Of a stretch of DNA of 64,000 nucleotides, positions 30,141 to 40,472 are shown piece after piece; position 1 is the stretch's first letter; each line of letters opens with the position of its first letter. This DNA is from a virus. Both the position numbers and the translations under genes were made by a program. The notes below the pieces were generated by a model. That model worked only from the letters and a program-made list of their open reading frames with translations. It did not search any database and was not told where the DNA came from. Location of the stretch: IMG/VR virus record IMGVR_UViG_3300044846_004119, positions 113,136 to 177,135 of that record; one strand, 5' to 3'.

Positions 30141-30845
30141 TTAAAATTTTATTAAAAAATCTATTGAGATTGGTACTTCTTCTTCTCGATTCTCGGAAAA
30201 GTCTAAGGTAACATCCTTTGACTCATTATTAAAGATAAAACGACCTTGAGAACCTTCATTAATTTCCCATCCACCCATGTGTTTTTCTAATTGTTCGTAA
30301 ATGAAATTAACAATTTTAACGTCTAAATTTATCCGGCCTTCAAAATCTCCGTATGCAAAGTCATTACAGTCACCACTATCACCACCACCACTAAAATCAA
30401 CATAACCTTCAGAAACATTTTTTTCGTGAAGTTGGTCAAATAAATTCACAATTGCTTCATACAATTCATCACTATAATCTTCTTTAATTTCTTCTAATGT
30501 GGTTTCTGATTGAGATTCTAATGTTGTGTATTGCATTTCCCATACGTTTAAAAATAATATACGTTCTTTACAATCAATATTAATTCTAATTGTGCCTCTA
30601 TACTCACAATCTGACATTACTTTGTAGACCTCATTTTTGTCTAAAATATGTTCTAAAGTGTCAGATATTGCTTCATATAATTCTATTGTTGTTCCGTCGT
30701 CACTGTACGCACTGTCGTCCATGTAATCAAGGTGGCATTCTTCAGTATAAACGGTAATGTTAACCTCACTACTTCCATATGACATGCAATAATATGAAAA
30801 TAGTTTAAGGGTTTTTAATTGTTCTTCAGTTACTTGAGGTGTCAT
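30141..30845 (-). CDS. DUF6878-like protein
   Basis: FSGGGDSG..GWEINEGSQGRF pattern, adjacent to DUF6915-like gene. Confidence 0.6.
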   Translation of the reverse strand: MTPQVTEEQLKTLKLFSYYCMSYGSSEVNITVYTEECHLDYMDDSAYSDDGTTIELYEAISDTLEHILDKNEVYKVMSDCEYRGTIRINIDCKERILFLNVWEMQYTTLESQSETTLEEIKEDYSDELYEAIVNLFDQLHEKNVSEGYVDFSGGGDSGDCNDFAYGDFEGRINLDVKIVNFIYEQLEKHMGGWEINEGSQGRFIFNNESKDVTLDFSENREEEVPISIDFLIKF

Positions 30846-30867
30846 ATTGTTTTTAACTATAAATACT

Positions 30868-31215
30868 TTAATCTATGTTAATATCTAAAGTTCTCATCAT
30901 CCACATAGGTCTTTCTTTAGATTCTAAAGCCATTATCCATTCTTTAGCACAAGGTAAATGGTTATAACAATCTTCTCTAACATGTTGTTCACCAACATAA
31001 CGAGTGTAAACAATCTTATCATCACTATTTACAAATGACATACCAAAAACCTTTTCCATTTCAAAAATACCCTCACTATGATGTCTAAACATTCTGTGAT
31101 TAGAATGTCCATACCAAGCCTTGGTCTCGTCAAACCAATTGTGTATGTTTATGTATTCTTCCCAAGTTCCACCAAATTTTTTGGCCGATGATTTTGCGTG
31201 AATAATAGGGTGCAT
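30868..31215 (-). CDS. DUF6915-like protein
   Basis: HPIIHAKSSAKKFGG..IHNWFDETK..RHHSEGIF..GEQHVRED. Confidence 0.75.
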   Translation of the reverse strand: MHPIIHAKSSAKKFGGTWEEYINIHNWFDETKAWYGHSNHRMFRHHSEGIFEMEKVFGMSFVNSDDKIVYTRYVGEQHVREDCYNHLPCAKEWIMALESKERPMWMMRTLDINID

Positions 31216-31293
31216 AATGTTTTTAATGTAAATATAAGTATTTTGTTCACATGATAAATAAAAAATATTTCTTAACCCAATATATTTATTAAT

Positions 31294-31731
31294 ATGGAAA
31301 ATACATCATTCGGTAATGATTACCAATTTGGACATTGTCATTACTTTGCAAAATATCTAATAAAAGTATTCCAAGAGTTACTTCCTAATGAGGAAATTAA
31401 TTACCATTTAATATTAGCTGAAAGACTTGATGATGATAATGAAAATATTGACGATGTGTTAGTCCATGTTTATCTTAAAGTAGGTGACTATCTAATTGAT
31501 TCTGAAGGTGTACATTCTATTGATATTGCTTCAGAAAGAGAAAAAGAATGGGCCGACAGAGAAATGGATTTAACCCCTGATGGGTATGACTTCTCAACTT
31601 GGGAAGAAAGTAGAGATGAGATTCCTGAAATGTTCTTCAATAGATTCTGTTCAACCAAAAAATTAAAACAAGATGTAATTGATTTTGTTAAAAGACAAGA
31701 TGTTCAAGAAGTTATTCAAAAATTAAAATAA
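31294..31731 (+). CDS. Putative papain/transglutaminase-like Cys-His-Asp protein
   Basis: GHCHYFA..HVYLKVGDYLIDSEG. Confidence 0.5.
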   Translation: MENTSFGNDYQFGHCHYFAKYLIKVFQELLPNEEINYHLILAERLDDDNENIDDVLVHVYLKVGDYLIDSEGVHSIDIASEREKEWADREMDLTPDGYDFSTWEESRDEIPEMFFNRFCSTKKLKQDVIDFVKRQDVQEVIQKLK

Positions 31732-31743
31732 ATTTACTACATT

Positions 31744-32313
31744 ATGAAACTTAAAATAACAGAACAACAATTACACAGTATCAACGAATTCCTTGCCGAA
31801 AAGAAAGCTTTCTTTAAATATTGGGATAGATTTGGTGGTAAAATTGATGATAACTTTTATAAGTTATTTGGTTTTGACGGTACTCGATTACCTGAGTTAA
31901 TTGTTGGTAAAACTAAAATTAGGTATTACGATGTTTTAGGTTTTTTAAGAGAGTGGTTAGGTGAGTCTAAATCAATTGAAATGACTGAAGAATTGTTAAA
32001 AGGCACCCACCATGTTGTTGGGCCTATTTATGGTGGTTATGATTACAAATTTACTGTATCTGAAGTACAAGAAAAAAATTCAACCCAATTTACAACTACA
32101 GTACTTATTGATGATGTTAATGGTGAGGTGACTTTATTTCAGAATGAAGAACTTTATAAATTAATTGACGCGAGAAATGAAGAAAATTTTGGATGGGAGA
32201 TTGAAAATGAAATTCAAGACTGTACTGATGAATACCTTTCAAAAGAAATAACTAGCCGTACGGGAATTGTAATTGTGTTTAATGATATTGATTTCACAAG
32301 TGGTGAAAAATAA
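31744..32313 (+). CDS. Leader-tagged hypothetical protein
   Basis: MKLKITEQQLHSINE leader. Confidence 0.8.
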   Translation: MKLKITEQQLHSINEFLAEKKAFFKYWDRFGGKIDDNFYKLFGFDGTRLPELIVGKTKIRYYDVLGFLREWLGESKSIEMTEELLKGTHHVVGPIYGGYDYKFTVSEVQEKNSTQFTTTVLIDDVNGEVTLFQNEELYKLIDARNEENFGWEIENEIQDCTDEYLSKEITSRTGIVIVFNDIDFTSGEK

Positions 32314-32703
32314 TTATCTTTTTTGTCTTTGTTCCCAATCTGTTTTACCTGTACTTCCAGGTTTCATTTGACTTAATCTATGTTCCCAATCAAAAATTGA
32401 AATACCTTTTCCATCGTAAATAATTACTTGATAATCATAACTTTTAAGCGGTAAATGTTCAAAAGGAATTAATTTTGAAACGACATTCATTATTTGATGG
32501 TCAATCAACCAAAGAACGTCAATGTCATCCTCTACCTCTTCTATGGTTATATCTTCATCTTTCATATAAATTTTATAGATAAGATATGGCTGACGCACCC
32601 CATGTATAGACACATCAATATGGTCAACATTGGGGTACGTCGATAGTATAAGACCTGAATTAACAATCTTGTTTAACGCTTGTATTTCTTGGTCTTGAGT
32701 CAT
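32314..32703 (-). CDS. Hypothetical protein
   Basis: 129-aa ORF. Confidence 0.7.
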   Translation of the reverse strand: MTQDQEIQALNKIVNSGLILSTYPNVDHIDVSIHGVRQPYLIYKIYMKDEDITIEEVEDDIDVLWLIDHQIMNVVSKLIPFEHLPLKSYDYQVIIYDGKGISIFDWEHRLSQMKPGSTGKTDWEQRQKR

Positions 32704-33299
32704 TATTTAATATCGTTACTTCCGATTAAAGTATAACTGAATGAGTTACCATGGATGTTTTTAGACTTTCTACAGATTGACATGAATTCCTCAAAATCCG
32801 CAGCTTTCTTAAATACTTGACAACCTTCAGACCAATTCTCTACGTAAGTTGAGTCAGCACCCGCTTTATGAATATTAATACCGTAAACACCTTCAGTTAT
32901 TTTTGTTTCATCATATTTCATATCACGATTTGCATCACGATAAACCTTAACATTCTTTGCTTGACCTAACGCTTCATATTTACCTTGGTGTAATCTAATA
33001 GTGTGGGAACCACGATATTGGCCCTCAACTAAACGAGCAACACCCGCAGCGTTATGATATTCCATAACACCTTTTTTACCTGGGTCAGTAGTTGCTGGCC
33101 AAATATGGAATTTCCATTCACCATTTTCTTTGTATGATAATGTAATATAATCATCAAATACATTGGTAACTTTATCACCTGTAGAATCATTTCTAACTCC
33201 CACAATGTTCACATCAAAACCTTTGTTGTTTGCATCCTCAAACCATACGTGACCTTTACTTTTAACCGCCGATTCAATTTGCTCTCTTTTGTAAGACAT
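32703..33299 (-). CDS. YkuD/L,D-transpeptidase-fold cell-wall enzyme (endolysin candidate)
   Basis: ATTDPG..GINIHKAGADSTYVENWSEGCQVF (His..SxGC). Confidence 0.7.
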   Translation of the reverse strand: MSYKREQIESAVKSKGHVWFEDANNKGFDVNIVGVRNDSTGDKVTNVFDDYITLSYKENGEWKFHIWPATTDPGKKGVMEYHNAAGVARLVEGQYRGSHTIRLHQGKYEALGQAKNVKVYRDANRDMKYDETKITEGVYGINIHKAGADSTYVENWSEGCQVFKKAADFEEFMSICRKSKNIHGNSFSYTLIGSNDIK

Positions 33300-33410
33300 A
33301 ATTTAATTTTTAATTGTTTATTTATTAAATAAATATGAGGTTAACATTTAATCTGCGGTTTTGAAGTTAAATAATAATATAAACTATTATGGGATATATT
33401 TATATTATAG

Positions 33411-34145
33411 ATGAAAAAAAATTTGTATATCTCTGAGGTTGAGAAGGTGGTAAAACAAATATTACCTAAATTTATTGATAGGTTTAAATCTCAACACAAT
33501 TTTGAATTACCTAAATTTGTGATTGACATTAGTGGGTACCCAAACAATATGTGGAATCGGAGAGGTGAGTATGAACCTATTAGTTTTAATACAATAGTTG
33601 CTAAAGTCAAAGTTGATGTTAAAGATGGTCGTTTAGGTAGATTAAAGAAACTATTAAAAATTGTAATAGAACAATCTCTTAGTAGTTTAGGGTATAATTA
33701 CGGTGAGGTTTATATTGAGTTTGATAAAGAGTCAATCCAAGAACAAACAAACTCGGTTGATAGATTTAAAAGTATTATAACTAAGTTGATTAGCGATAAA
33801 CCTACACATCAAGGGTCATACACAATGCCTTATACTGATAATGATGATATGGTTGATTGGCACGTTGAGTACGTGGTGAAAAATGTTGAATTATGGAAAC
33901 CAAATGAACGTGAACTTAGTTTATGTGAACAAGATACTTTATATACTGGTACTGTATATATTAACGTAAATAGAATCTTAGTTGGGTTTGAAGAAACTGA
34001 CGAATGGGAAAGAGGTCATGGTGAAGATGATTTACCTAGTTGGTGTTGGGACGATGTTCAAGAAAATGTTATGAATACTATTGAACAAATGTTACCGCAA
34101 ATATGTATTGATGTAGATTTAAGTTTTAAAGTTAATTATGAGTAA
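33411..34145 (+). CDS. Hypothetical two-module protein
   Basis: Internal IQE junction; TATTTATA at 33397. Confidence 0.75.
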   Translation: MKKNLYISEVEKVVKQILPKFIDRFKSQHNFELPKFVIDISGYPNNMWNRRGEYEPISFNTIVAKVKVDVKDGRLGRLKKLLKIVIEQSLSSLGYNYGEVYIEFDKESIQEQTNSVDRFKSIITKLISDKPTHQGSYTMPYTDNDDMVDWHVEYVVKNVELWKPNERELSLCEQDTLYTGTVYINVNRILVGFEETDEWERGHGEDDLPSWCWDDVQENVMNTIEQMLPQICIDVDLSFKVNYE

Positions 34146-34632
34146 AGAAAAAAAAATATACGAATTAATAGAAAATCTTGGGTTAACTAACGCATCTAAT
34201 ATATTGGGGTTACCAAAATATGAATTAGTTAGGATTGCAAATTACCCTATTAATTATGAAACCGCAAATATGTTACTTTTTGATTTGAATAGAGATAATT
34301 TATTACCTACTGTTTATAAAGATTGTGAGATAAGTGTTAGTAATTGGGATGGTATATTTTATTGGGAGTATAAAGGACCTGACGATGAAAAAATGTTAAC
34401 CATGGCGACACCATTTTGGGATGGTAATAACATCACACCCGTTGAATCAATAGAATATAAAATCAACGGGTTTACAATTGATGAGGGTTTTTATATCGAA
34501 TTAAAAAGCCAAATAGAATTTGATGGTATTGAAGATTTATTAACTTGGTATAAACACTTTTATTTGCCAAAAGTTTATAATCTGATATTAAGTAATTTAG
34601 AAAGATTTAGAGATAATGCAACGTTCTATTAG
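34138..34632 (+). CDS. Hypothetical protein
   Basis: 164-aa ORF ending in TAG. Confidence 0.75.
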   Translation: MSKEKKIYELIENLGLTNASNILGLPKYELVRIANYPINYETANMLLFDLNRDNLLPTVYKDCEISVSNWDGIFYWEYKGPDDEKMLTMATPFWDGNNITPVESIEYKINGFTIDEGFYIELKSQIEFDGIEDLLTWYKHFYLPKVYNLILSNLERFRDNATFY

Positions 34633-35487
34633 TTAAACATAAAGACCTATAACCCTTAATGCACCTGAAAGATTTTGTAATTCAATCATTGGTTTTAAAT
34701 CTACAGTAATAAATACTGTTGTATTATCTTCCAAATCAAGAAGACCATGGTCATCAGACTCATCAACCCATTCTTTATTAAAGAATACTAATGATTGAGA
34801 GTTATCTATTAATTTAAGATAGGTTTCGTTATTAATTACTTTAGGTTGTTCCATAGTTTCAAACAAATCTCTAAATTTACTATTCCAAGATAATACAAAG
34901 AAATATTCTAATTTAAGTGAATCGTTAGTCGCAATATCACCATTACCATCACAATTATAACAATCAACACTACCAGTGGAATCACATGAGTTACATTCAA
35001 TATCCCCATCACCACCACATTCATCACAATACACTTGTCCGCCACCTTGACACTTACCACAATCTTTACCTTCCGAATCTTCATCTTCACCTGAACCCTC
35101 ACAATCAATACACGTAACTTCACCTGAACCATCGCACAAATCGCATCTTAAATACGAATCTCCCATACAATCTTCACAACCATTTTGGCCAGCACCGTCA
35201 CAGGAAGGACACTCAACATTTGGGTCATGTTCTAATATAGTTGCAATTGATACCCCAAATAAATTGGATTTCATAATATCATAAGCAACGTTAATATCTC
35301 TACCTTTTTTTTCTTGAGGTATAAGAAAACACATATATGCTAAATCTTCACCAGATATCCTATCACCAAATAATTCTGTAATAAACTTATTTTCTCTTAA
35401 TGTACCTAATACATTACCAGGATGTAAACCATTTTTATATTGTATTGATAATTTTTTAACTAATGACAGTAATTGTTCTTTTTTCAT
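34633..35487 (-). CDS. Protein with eight DnaJ-type CxxCxGxG zinc-finger repeats, no J-domain
   Basis: CPSCDGAG, CEDCMGDS, CDLCDGSG, CIDCEGSG, CGKCQGGG, CDECGGDG, CNSCDSTG, CYNCDGNG. Confidence 0.85.
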   Translation of the reverse strand: MKKEQLLSLVKKLSIQYKNGLHPGNVLGTLRENKFITELFGDRISGEDLAYMCFLIPQEKKGRDINVAYDIMKSNLFGVSIATILEHDPNVECPSCDGAGQNGCEDCMGDSYLRCDLCDGSGEVTCIDCEGSGEDEDSEGKDCGKCQGGGQVYCDECGGDGDIECNSCDSTGSVDCYNCDGNGDIATNDSLKLEYFFVLSWNSKFRDLFETMEQPKVINNETYLKLIDNSQSLVFFNKEWVDESDDHGLLDLEDNTTVFITVDLKPMIELQNLSGALRVIGLYV

Positions 35488-35488
35488 T

Positions 35489-35977
35489 TTAACTAATTTT
35501 TCTTACTGAACTATAGTCATAACTAACATCTGTTGTTTCACCATCGTAATAGTCTTCATCAATCATATCACCATCGTAATAATCAAATACCCCTTCGCCT
35601 TCAGCCATTCTACTTGTTGGAATAACTAAGTTTGCATCATAAGAACTCATTTCATGGCGATATGTTCTTGTAACATGCTCCGTTCTATCTTCAGAAATTT
35701 CAAACTTATAGACACCAACTGACGGTCTTTTAATTTCACCATTTGGTTTTTGTGTTGAAAAATCATAATTTGTATTTAGGTGTAATGTTGCGACAATATA
35801 ATTTTCGTCAATTGGAAAATTTAAATCCAACCCAACAATTTTTGCTGCGTGGTCACAATTATTTGATAAACCATAATCTTCCATATCAGGCGTTGAATCA
35901 TTAGATTTTGATATAAAACTTTTAAGTAAGTAAAATAATTGTTTATTACCAATGTTTTCTAATTTTGACTTTTCCAT
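35489..35977 (-). CDS. Hypothetical protein
   Basis: 162-aa ORF; late motif at 35983. Confidence 0.75.
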   Translation of the reverse strand: MEKSKLENIGNKQLFYLLKSFISKSNDSTPDMEDYGLSNNCDHAAKIVGLDLNFPIDENYIVATLHLNTNYDFSTQKPNGEIKRPSVGVYKFEISEDRTEHVTRTYRHEMSSYDANLVIPTSRMAEGEGVFDYYDGDMIDEDYYDGETTDVSYDYSSVRKIS

Positions 35978-36005
35978 ATTTTATAAATATAATAATATAA
36001 TAAAA

Positions 36006-36398
36006 TTAATTTTCAGCAATACTAACCGCATTTAAATCATAACGTTTGTTTAACCACTCAAGAACTAATTGAGGTGCATATAAATCACCAAACAAATCAA
36101 CTATTTTTTGGTAGAGATAAGTATCTATCTCAATTAAAGGGTATGTTGATAACACATAAGGGGTCGTAATGTTATGATATTCTTCATAATCTTCTGAGGT
36201 TCCAAAATAGGTAAATACAAATTCATAGTCAGAATCCATATCCATATCCTCACCATCGTTAGGGTATTCGTAAAAAAACTCTCTAACACTATTACCATAA
36301 CCTGTTCTATGCTCATTAGCATATTTTAATTCATCCTGTGAATCCAAGTACTTGAACAGTAGTTTTTTAAATTTATCCTTATTTATTTTAATGTCCAT
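36006..36398 (-). CDS. Acidic paralog-family protein
   Basis: MDIKINKDKFKKLLFKYLD..EWLNKRYDLNAV. Confidence 0.75.
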   Translation of the reverse strand: MDIKINKDKFKKLLFKYLDSQDELKYANEHRTGYGNSVREFFYEYPNDGEDMDMDSDYEFVFTYFGTSEDYEEYHNITTPYVLSTYPLIEIDTYLYQKIVDLFGDLYAPQLVLEWLNKRYDLNAVSIAEN

Positions 36399-36502
36399 AT
36401 TGTTAAATACTTTTAAACTGTTGTTTTACCCCAATAATTTTTATATATTTGTAATATAAAAATAGAATAAAAAAACACATTATTTAAACAATATAAAAAA
36501 AT

Positions 36503-36724
36503 ATGCAAACACTCACATTCAACACAACATTTAAAAAAGTAGTTTTATTATCAGGTTCAAGAGAAGATTCAAAAGTTTTAGAAACATTTGACAATGTTTC
36601 AACTGTAAAATGTTCTGAATTAGGATTTTACGAAATTATGCAGAAATTAGAAACTGATTCGATTTCGGCAATTCCTGTGATGAGACTACCTATTACAAGC
36701 ACAAATATGATTATTATTAAGTAA
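36503..36724 (+). CDS. Hypothetical small protein
   Basis: TATATTTG promoter at 36444. Confidence 0.7.
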   Translation: MQTLTFNTTFKKVVLLSGSREDSKVLETFDNVSTVKCSELGFYEIMQKLETDSISAIPVMRLPITSTNMIIIK

Positions 36725-36736
36725 AAAACTAAAAAT

Positions 36737-36955
36737 ATGACTGAAGAAGAATTTGAAAATTGGAAATCGGTTGATTACCGAATGAGAGAAGAAGGAATTG
36801 ATTATTGTTTTGAGCATTATAGTCGATTCGAAGAAATCAAAGATGAAGAATTCCACAAATTAAGATTGGAGTTTTTATCTAGTATGCACAAAATACGTGA
36901 ATACGTTAAAAACACAATAGAAAGTTACGAAGAGGAAGACACAAATATGTTGTAA
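36737..36955 (+). CDS. Hypothetical small acidic protein
   Basis: 72-aa ORF. Confidence 0.7.
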   Translation: MTEEEFENWKSVDYRMREEGIDYCFEHYSRFEEIKDEEFHKLRLEFLSSMHKIREYVKNTIESYEEEDTNML

Positions 36956-37019
36956 TACTTTTGAGAGGGACATCAATATCCCCCTCAAAATTTTTTATAA
37001 TGTTTTTTGGGGTAAAGGA

Positions 37020-37397
37020 TTACCAAGTTTTACACGCCCAATATCTTGCTTTCCATCTTGGACCTGGTGTCTCACAATGATGACGAGCTCTAAATGATTT
37101 TCTTCTTGCTGGGTTATTCTTTTTTATCACCATTCTTTTTCCTTTAGCGGATTTACCGCCAAATCCAAAGTTTACTTTAACAACATTACCTTTGTCGTTT
37201 TTAACGTAAACTTTAGATTTCTTTACATCACCTTGCATTATCTTACCTAATTGAACTTTACGTCCTTGGTATTCTGCTTCCGTTAATAAGTCAGTAACTT
37301 TAAATTCAGTCTCCTCGACTGACCCATAAAAACTATCAACCATTTCTTTTAGGTTAAACAGTTTATTGTATTGTGATTCTGTGATTATGAATTTCAT
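37020..37397 (-). CDS. Leader-tagged basic protein (DUF6321-like)
   Basis: MKFIITESQY leader; VYVKNDKGNVVKVNFG..RRKSFRARHHC..ARYWAC. Confidence 0.75.
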   Translation of the reverse strand: MKFIITESQYNKLFNLKEMVDSFYGSVEETEFKVTDLLTEAEYQGRKVQLGKIMQGDVKKSKVYVKNDKGNVVKVNFGFGGKSAKGKRMVIKKNNPARRKSFRARHHCETPGPRWKARYWACKTW

Positions 37398-37750
37398 TTT
37401 TTTTCGTAGTGTGTCATTGTTGGTTTATTACCTTTCCCTATTTTAGGGTCTTTCTTTTCAGCTCTTCTCTTTTGTTGAGTCATTGCTTTTTTTTCATCTT
37501 TATCGTATGATGAAGCAATCTTTGGTGTTTCAGATGAAACTTTTTTTGAGGGGCGACATTTTGGATATGATTTTCCGTCGGCATCCTTTCTTCCACAAGG
37601 TGGATGTTTTCCGTCAACTTTTTTACTTACATCAACCCACTTCTCTTTAAACCAGTTTCTTAAATCTTCATTAACATTTTTGTTTTTTTCAGAAGTGGTT
37701 AAACCGTTAAGTAGTTTTTTGTATTGAGATTCTGTTAAAATAATTTTCAT
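37394..37750 (-). CDS. Leader-tagged basic protein
   Basis: MKIILTESQY leader; VNE then DLRNWFKEKWVD..PCGR..YPKCRP module. Confidence 0.75.
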   Translation of the reverse strand: MKIILTESQYKKLLNGLTTSEKNKNVNEDLRNWFKEKWVDVSKKVDGKHPPCGRKDADGKSYPKCRPSKKVSSETPKIASSYDKDEKKAMTQQKRRAEKKDPKIGKGNKPTMTHYEKK

Positions 37751-37792
37751 ATTAATAAATATATGAATATTTATAAATCAAACAATATAAGC

Positions 37793-38920
37793 ATGAGTAA
37801 TCAAAAAGCATCGGAGATTTTAAATAGATTTAACGATGGTGAGTGGGATGAGTTACAACCATATTTTAATAATATAATAACTTTTTTTAAATTTGTTAAA
37901 AAATATGGACTTTTAGAAGAGATAGATTTAGGGGAGATTCCTTCTGGTTATTTTAGTAATGAAGTGTTTGATTATTTGGTTGAAAATGGTATAATGTCTA
38001 ATTTAGATTATGATTCTGTTCCTGAAGAATTTAAAAACAATTATCTAATACATGGTTTAGAACATAACTACGAAAATACTATTAAGTATATTACAAACGA
38101 CCTTTTAACCGATGTTAAAATTAGACCTGATGGGTTCTATCTATATTTAGGTAATGATAGAGATGATTTAGCTTCTTTTTTCTGTGGTTCCTCCCGTCGT
38201 GACGTTTCTTCTGAAGATGTTGCAAAACAAATATTTAGTGAAGATGGTTTAGGTCACGATTGGTATTTTGATGTTGATACAAAACCATCTGATGTTATTG
38301 ACGATTTAGACGAAAAAAATACCACCCATTTAAAAGATGTTATTTTTAAAGAAATTGGAGATAAAGAATTATCTTTAGAAGATTATGATTCTGATTTTTT
38401 TGAAAGTTTATCAGAAGAACAGGGGACTGAAGGTTATTTTAGAATTAGGCCTGAAGACTTAAATGAATTAATTAAAGATTCCGAAGCAATAGATGAACTA
38501 TGTAAAAATGACTTAAGTGAGTTAGGTCAAGAATTACAAAGTGTTTATTGGAATGCTTATAATTCTGCATATGAAGATGAAATATATGAATTAGTATATG
38601 GTGGTTTAGATGAATACTTTGAAGGAAAAATTGATGAAGTCCCAAAAGAAACTACCAAATCGGATGGTAAAAAAGTAACCACATACTTAAATTATATTAA
38701 AATTAGAGATTTTGTTGGAAACATCACTTTATTTTTAGAAAACAATAAAGGTCAATCATATTCCGATTCATATTTAGACTATTTTGGTAGTTATACTACT
38801 TTGATGAAACAACTAATCGACGATGGTGATTTTGACTGTATAGATTTTAGAACTCCTGATTATCCAGATTGGTCTGATATTAAAAAAAATATAAACGAAA
38901 TGTTTGATGAATATATTTAA
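37793..38920 (+). CDS. Highly acidic hypothetical protein
   Basis: Start moved to 37793 behind TATTTATA 37768. Confidence 0.8.
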   Translation: MSNQKASEILNRFNDGEWDELQPYFNNIITFFKFVKKYGLLEEIDLGEIPSGYFSNEVFDYLVENGIMSNLDYDSVPEEFKNNYLIHGLEHNYENTIKYITNDLLTDVKIRPDGFYLYLGNDRDDLASFFCGSSRRDVSSEDVAKQIFSEDGLGHDWYFDVDTKPSDVIDDLDEKNTTHLKDVIFKEIGDKELSLEDYDSDFFESLSEEQGTEGYFRIRPEDLNELIKDSEAIDELCKNDLSELGQELQSVYWNAYNSAYEDEIYELVYGGLDEYFEGKIDEVPKETTKSDGKKVTTYLNYIKIRDFVGNITLFLENNKGQSYSDSYLDYFGSYTTLMKQLIDDGDFDCIDFRTPDYPDWSDIKKNINEMFDEYI

Positions 38921-38967
38921 TTGACAATTTAAATTTTAATTACTATTTTTATTTTAAAATTAATAAA

Positions 38968-39345
38968 ATGATTGAAGAAATTAAAATTGAGAAAGATAAA
39001 ACTCCAAAAACAACTCCTAACAAACCTATTTTAGATGTTGACCATAAAAATGGTAAAAAAAAATATTATAAACCTAAAAAGAAAAGAGAAATTTTAAATA
39101 TTGAAATTGGTAAAATTGGGTTTGATAATTTTCATAAAGTAGTTCATACAGAAAAACCATATTTAGAATACAAAAAACTAATAACAAATAAAAATGTTGG
39201 TAGCGACTTTATTGATAATAGTAAAAAATTTAGTTTTATCAAATCAGGAATTAGAATTGTTGCTTGTATTTGTGGATTATTCGGTGAATTTGAGTTGGCG
39301 TTTATTTTATTAGGTGTTGCGGAGATTTTTGACGTTTACAAATAA
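38968..39345 (+). CDS. Hypothetical protein with C-terminal hydrophobic segment
   Basis: 125-aa ORF. Confidence 0.65.
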   Translation: MIEEIKIEKDKTPKTTPNKPILDVDHKNGKKKYYKPKKKREILNIEIGKIGFDNFHKVVHTEKPYLEYKKLITNKNVGSDFIDNSKKFSFIKSGIRIVACICGLFGEFELAFILLGVAEIFDVYK

Positions 39346-39385
39346 TTAGTTTAAAAAAGTCAAATTAATTTTGTATCTTTGTACT

Positions 39386-39667
39386 ATGGATAAAGAACTA
39401 GTATATTTGATTACATGGTTAGTAACGTGGAGCGACTTCAAATCAAAAGAGGTTGTTCGGATTATTTTTACTAATGAAAAAGAATTACGCAATGTACCAA
39501 CAATTAAATTAGAAACAACAAAAACTGTTGAGTTTAAAGGTTCTGTTAAGTCTAAAAAAGAAGAACTTCAAGAGGCATTATCCGTTTTAAAATCCAAAAA
39601 GAATAAAACGGTTAAAGATAAAAATTCTATTGGTGTTCTTGAATCGGTCCTGAATAATTATCGTTAA
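39386..39667 (+). CDS. Hypothetical protein
   Basis: ATG 4 nt after TATCTTTG (39374). Confidence 0.7.
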   Translation: MDKELVYLITWLVTWSDFKSKEVVRIIFTNEKELRNVPTIKLETTKTVEFKGSVKSKKEELQEALSVLKSKKNKTVKDKNSIGVLESVLNNYR

Positions 39668-39749
39668 CAATAACCCCATTTATAAGGTTGGGTTTATTAT
39701 TTAATTGTTAATTGTTTATAATCTTAAATTTTTAACCTATTTATGAAAT

Positions 39750-40472
39750 ATGGATTTAAATAAATATATTACCATCGTAATACCTTGTAAAAACGAAAAA
39801 GACATTATATTAAAAACATTGGACCTGTTAAATTATCAGTCAGATATATATAATGTGAAAGTTATTGTGTGTGATAAATCAAACGATAATATAACAAACC
39901 AATCATTAATTAATAGGATGGGGAATAAATCAAATAATGATGTGTTTGATTTATATGTGATAGACGGTGGATTACCTGCTAAGGCAAGAAATAACGGGTT
40001 TAAATTAGTTACAACACCATACGTTTTATTTATTGATGCTGACGTATTTTTGTTGGATTCAAAAACAATCAAGAGAGCTTTTTTAAAAATATATAAAAAT
40101 AATTTAGATTTAGTGACCACCAAATTTAGAAGCGACAACGGTAAATACAATTACATTTATAAAACATTTGATTTTTTACAAATAATTTCAAAATGGTCAA
40201 CACCATTTTGTTTGGGTGGATTTATGATGATAAAATCTAAAACATTTACTGATTTGGGTGGGTTTGATGAAGAAATAAAAATTGCTGAGGATTATCAATT
40301 TTCAAAACAAATTAAACCAAGAAAGTTTGGTAGAATAAATAATGTTGTTTTTACCCCTCCAAGAAGATTTGAAAATAAAGGAATTTTATATATGACCAAA
40401 CTATTTTTAGGTTCATTTTTTAACAACAACAATAAACCATACTTTACAAAAGACAATGACTATTGGACATGA
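39750..40472 (+). CDS. Family 2 glycosyltransferase
   Basis: IVIPCKNE, ARNNG, FIDADV (DxD), GGFDE..AED. Confidence 0.92.
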   Translation: MDLNKYITIVIPCKNEKDIILKTLDLLNYQSDIYNVKVIVCDKSNDNITNQSLINRMGNKSNNDVFDLYVIDGGLPAKARNNGFKLVTTPYVLFIDADVFLLDSKTIKRAFLKIYKNNLDLVTTKFRSDNGKYNYIYKTFDFLQIISKWSTPFCLGGFMMIKSKTFTDLGGFDEEIKIAEDYQFSKQIKPRKFGRINNVVFTPPRRFENKGILYMTKLFLGSFFNNNNKPYFTKDNDYWT

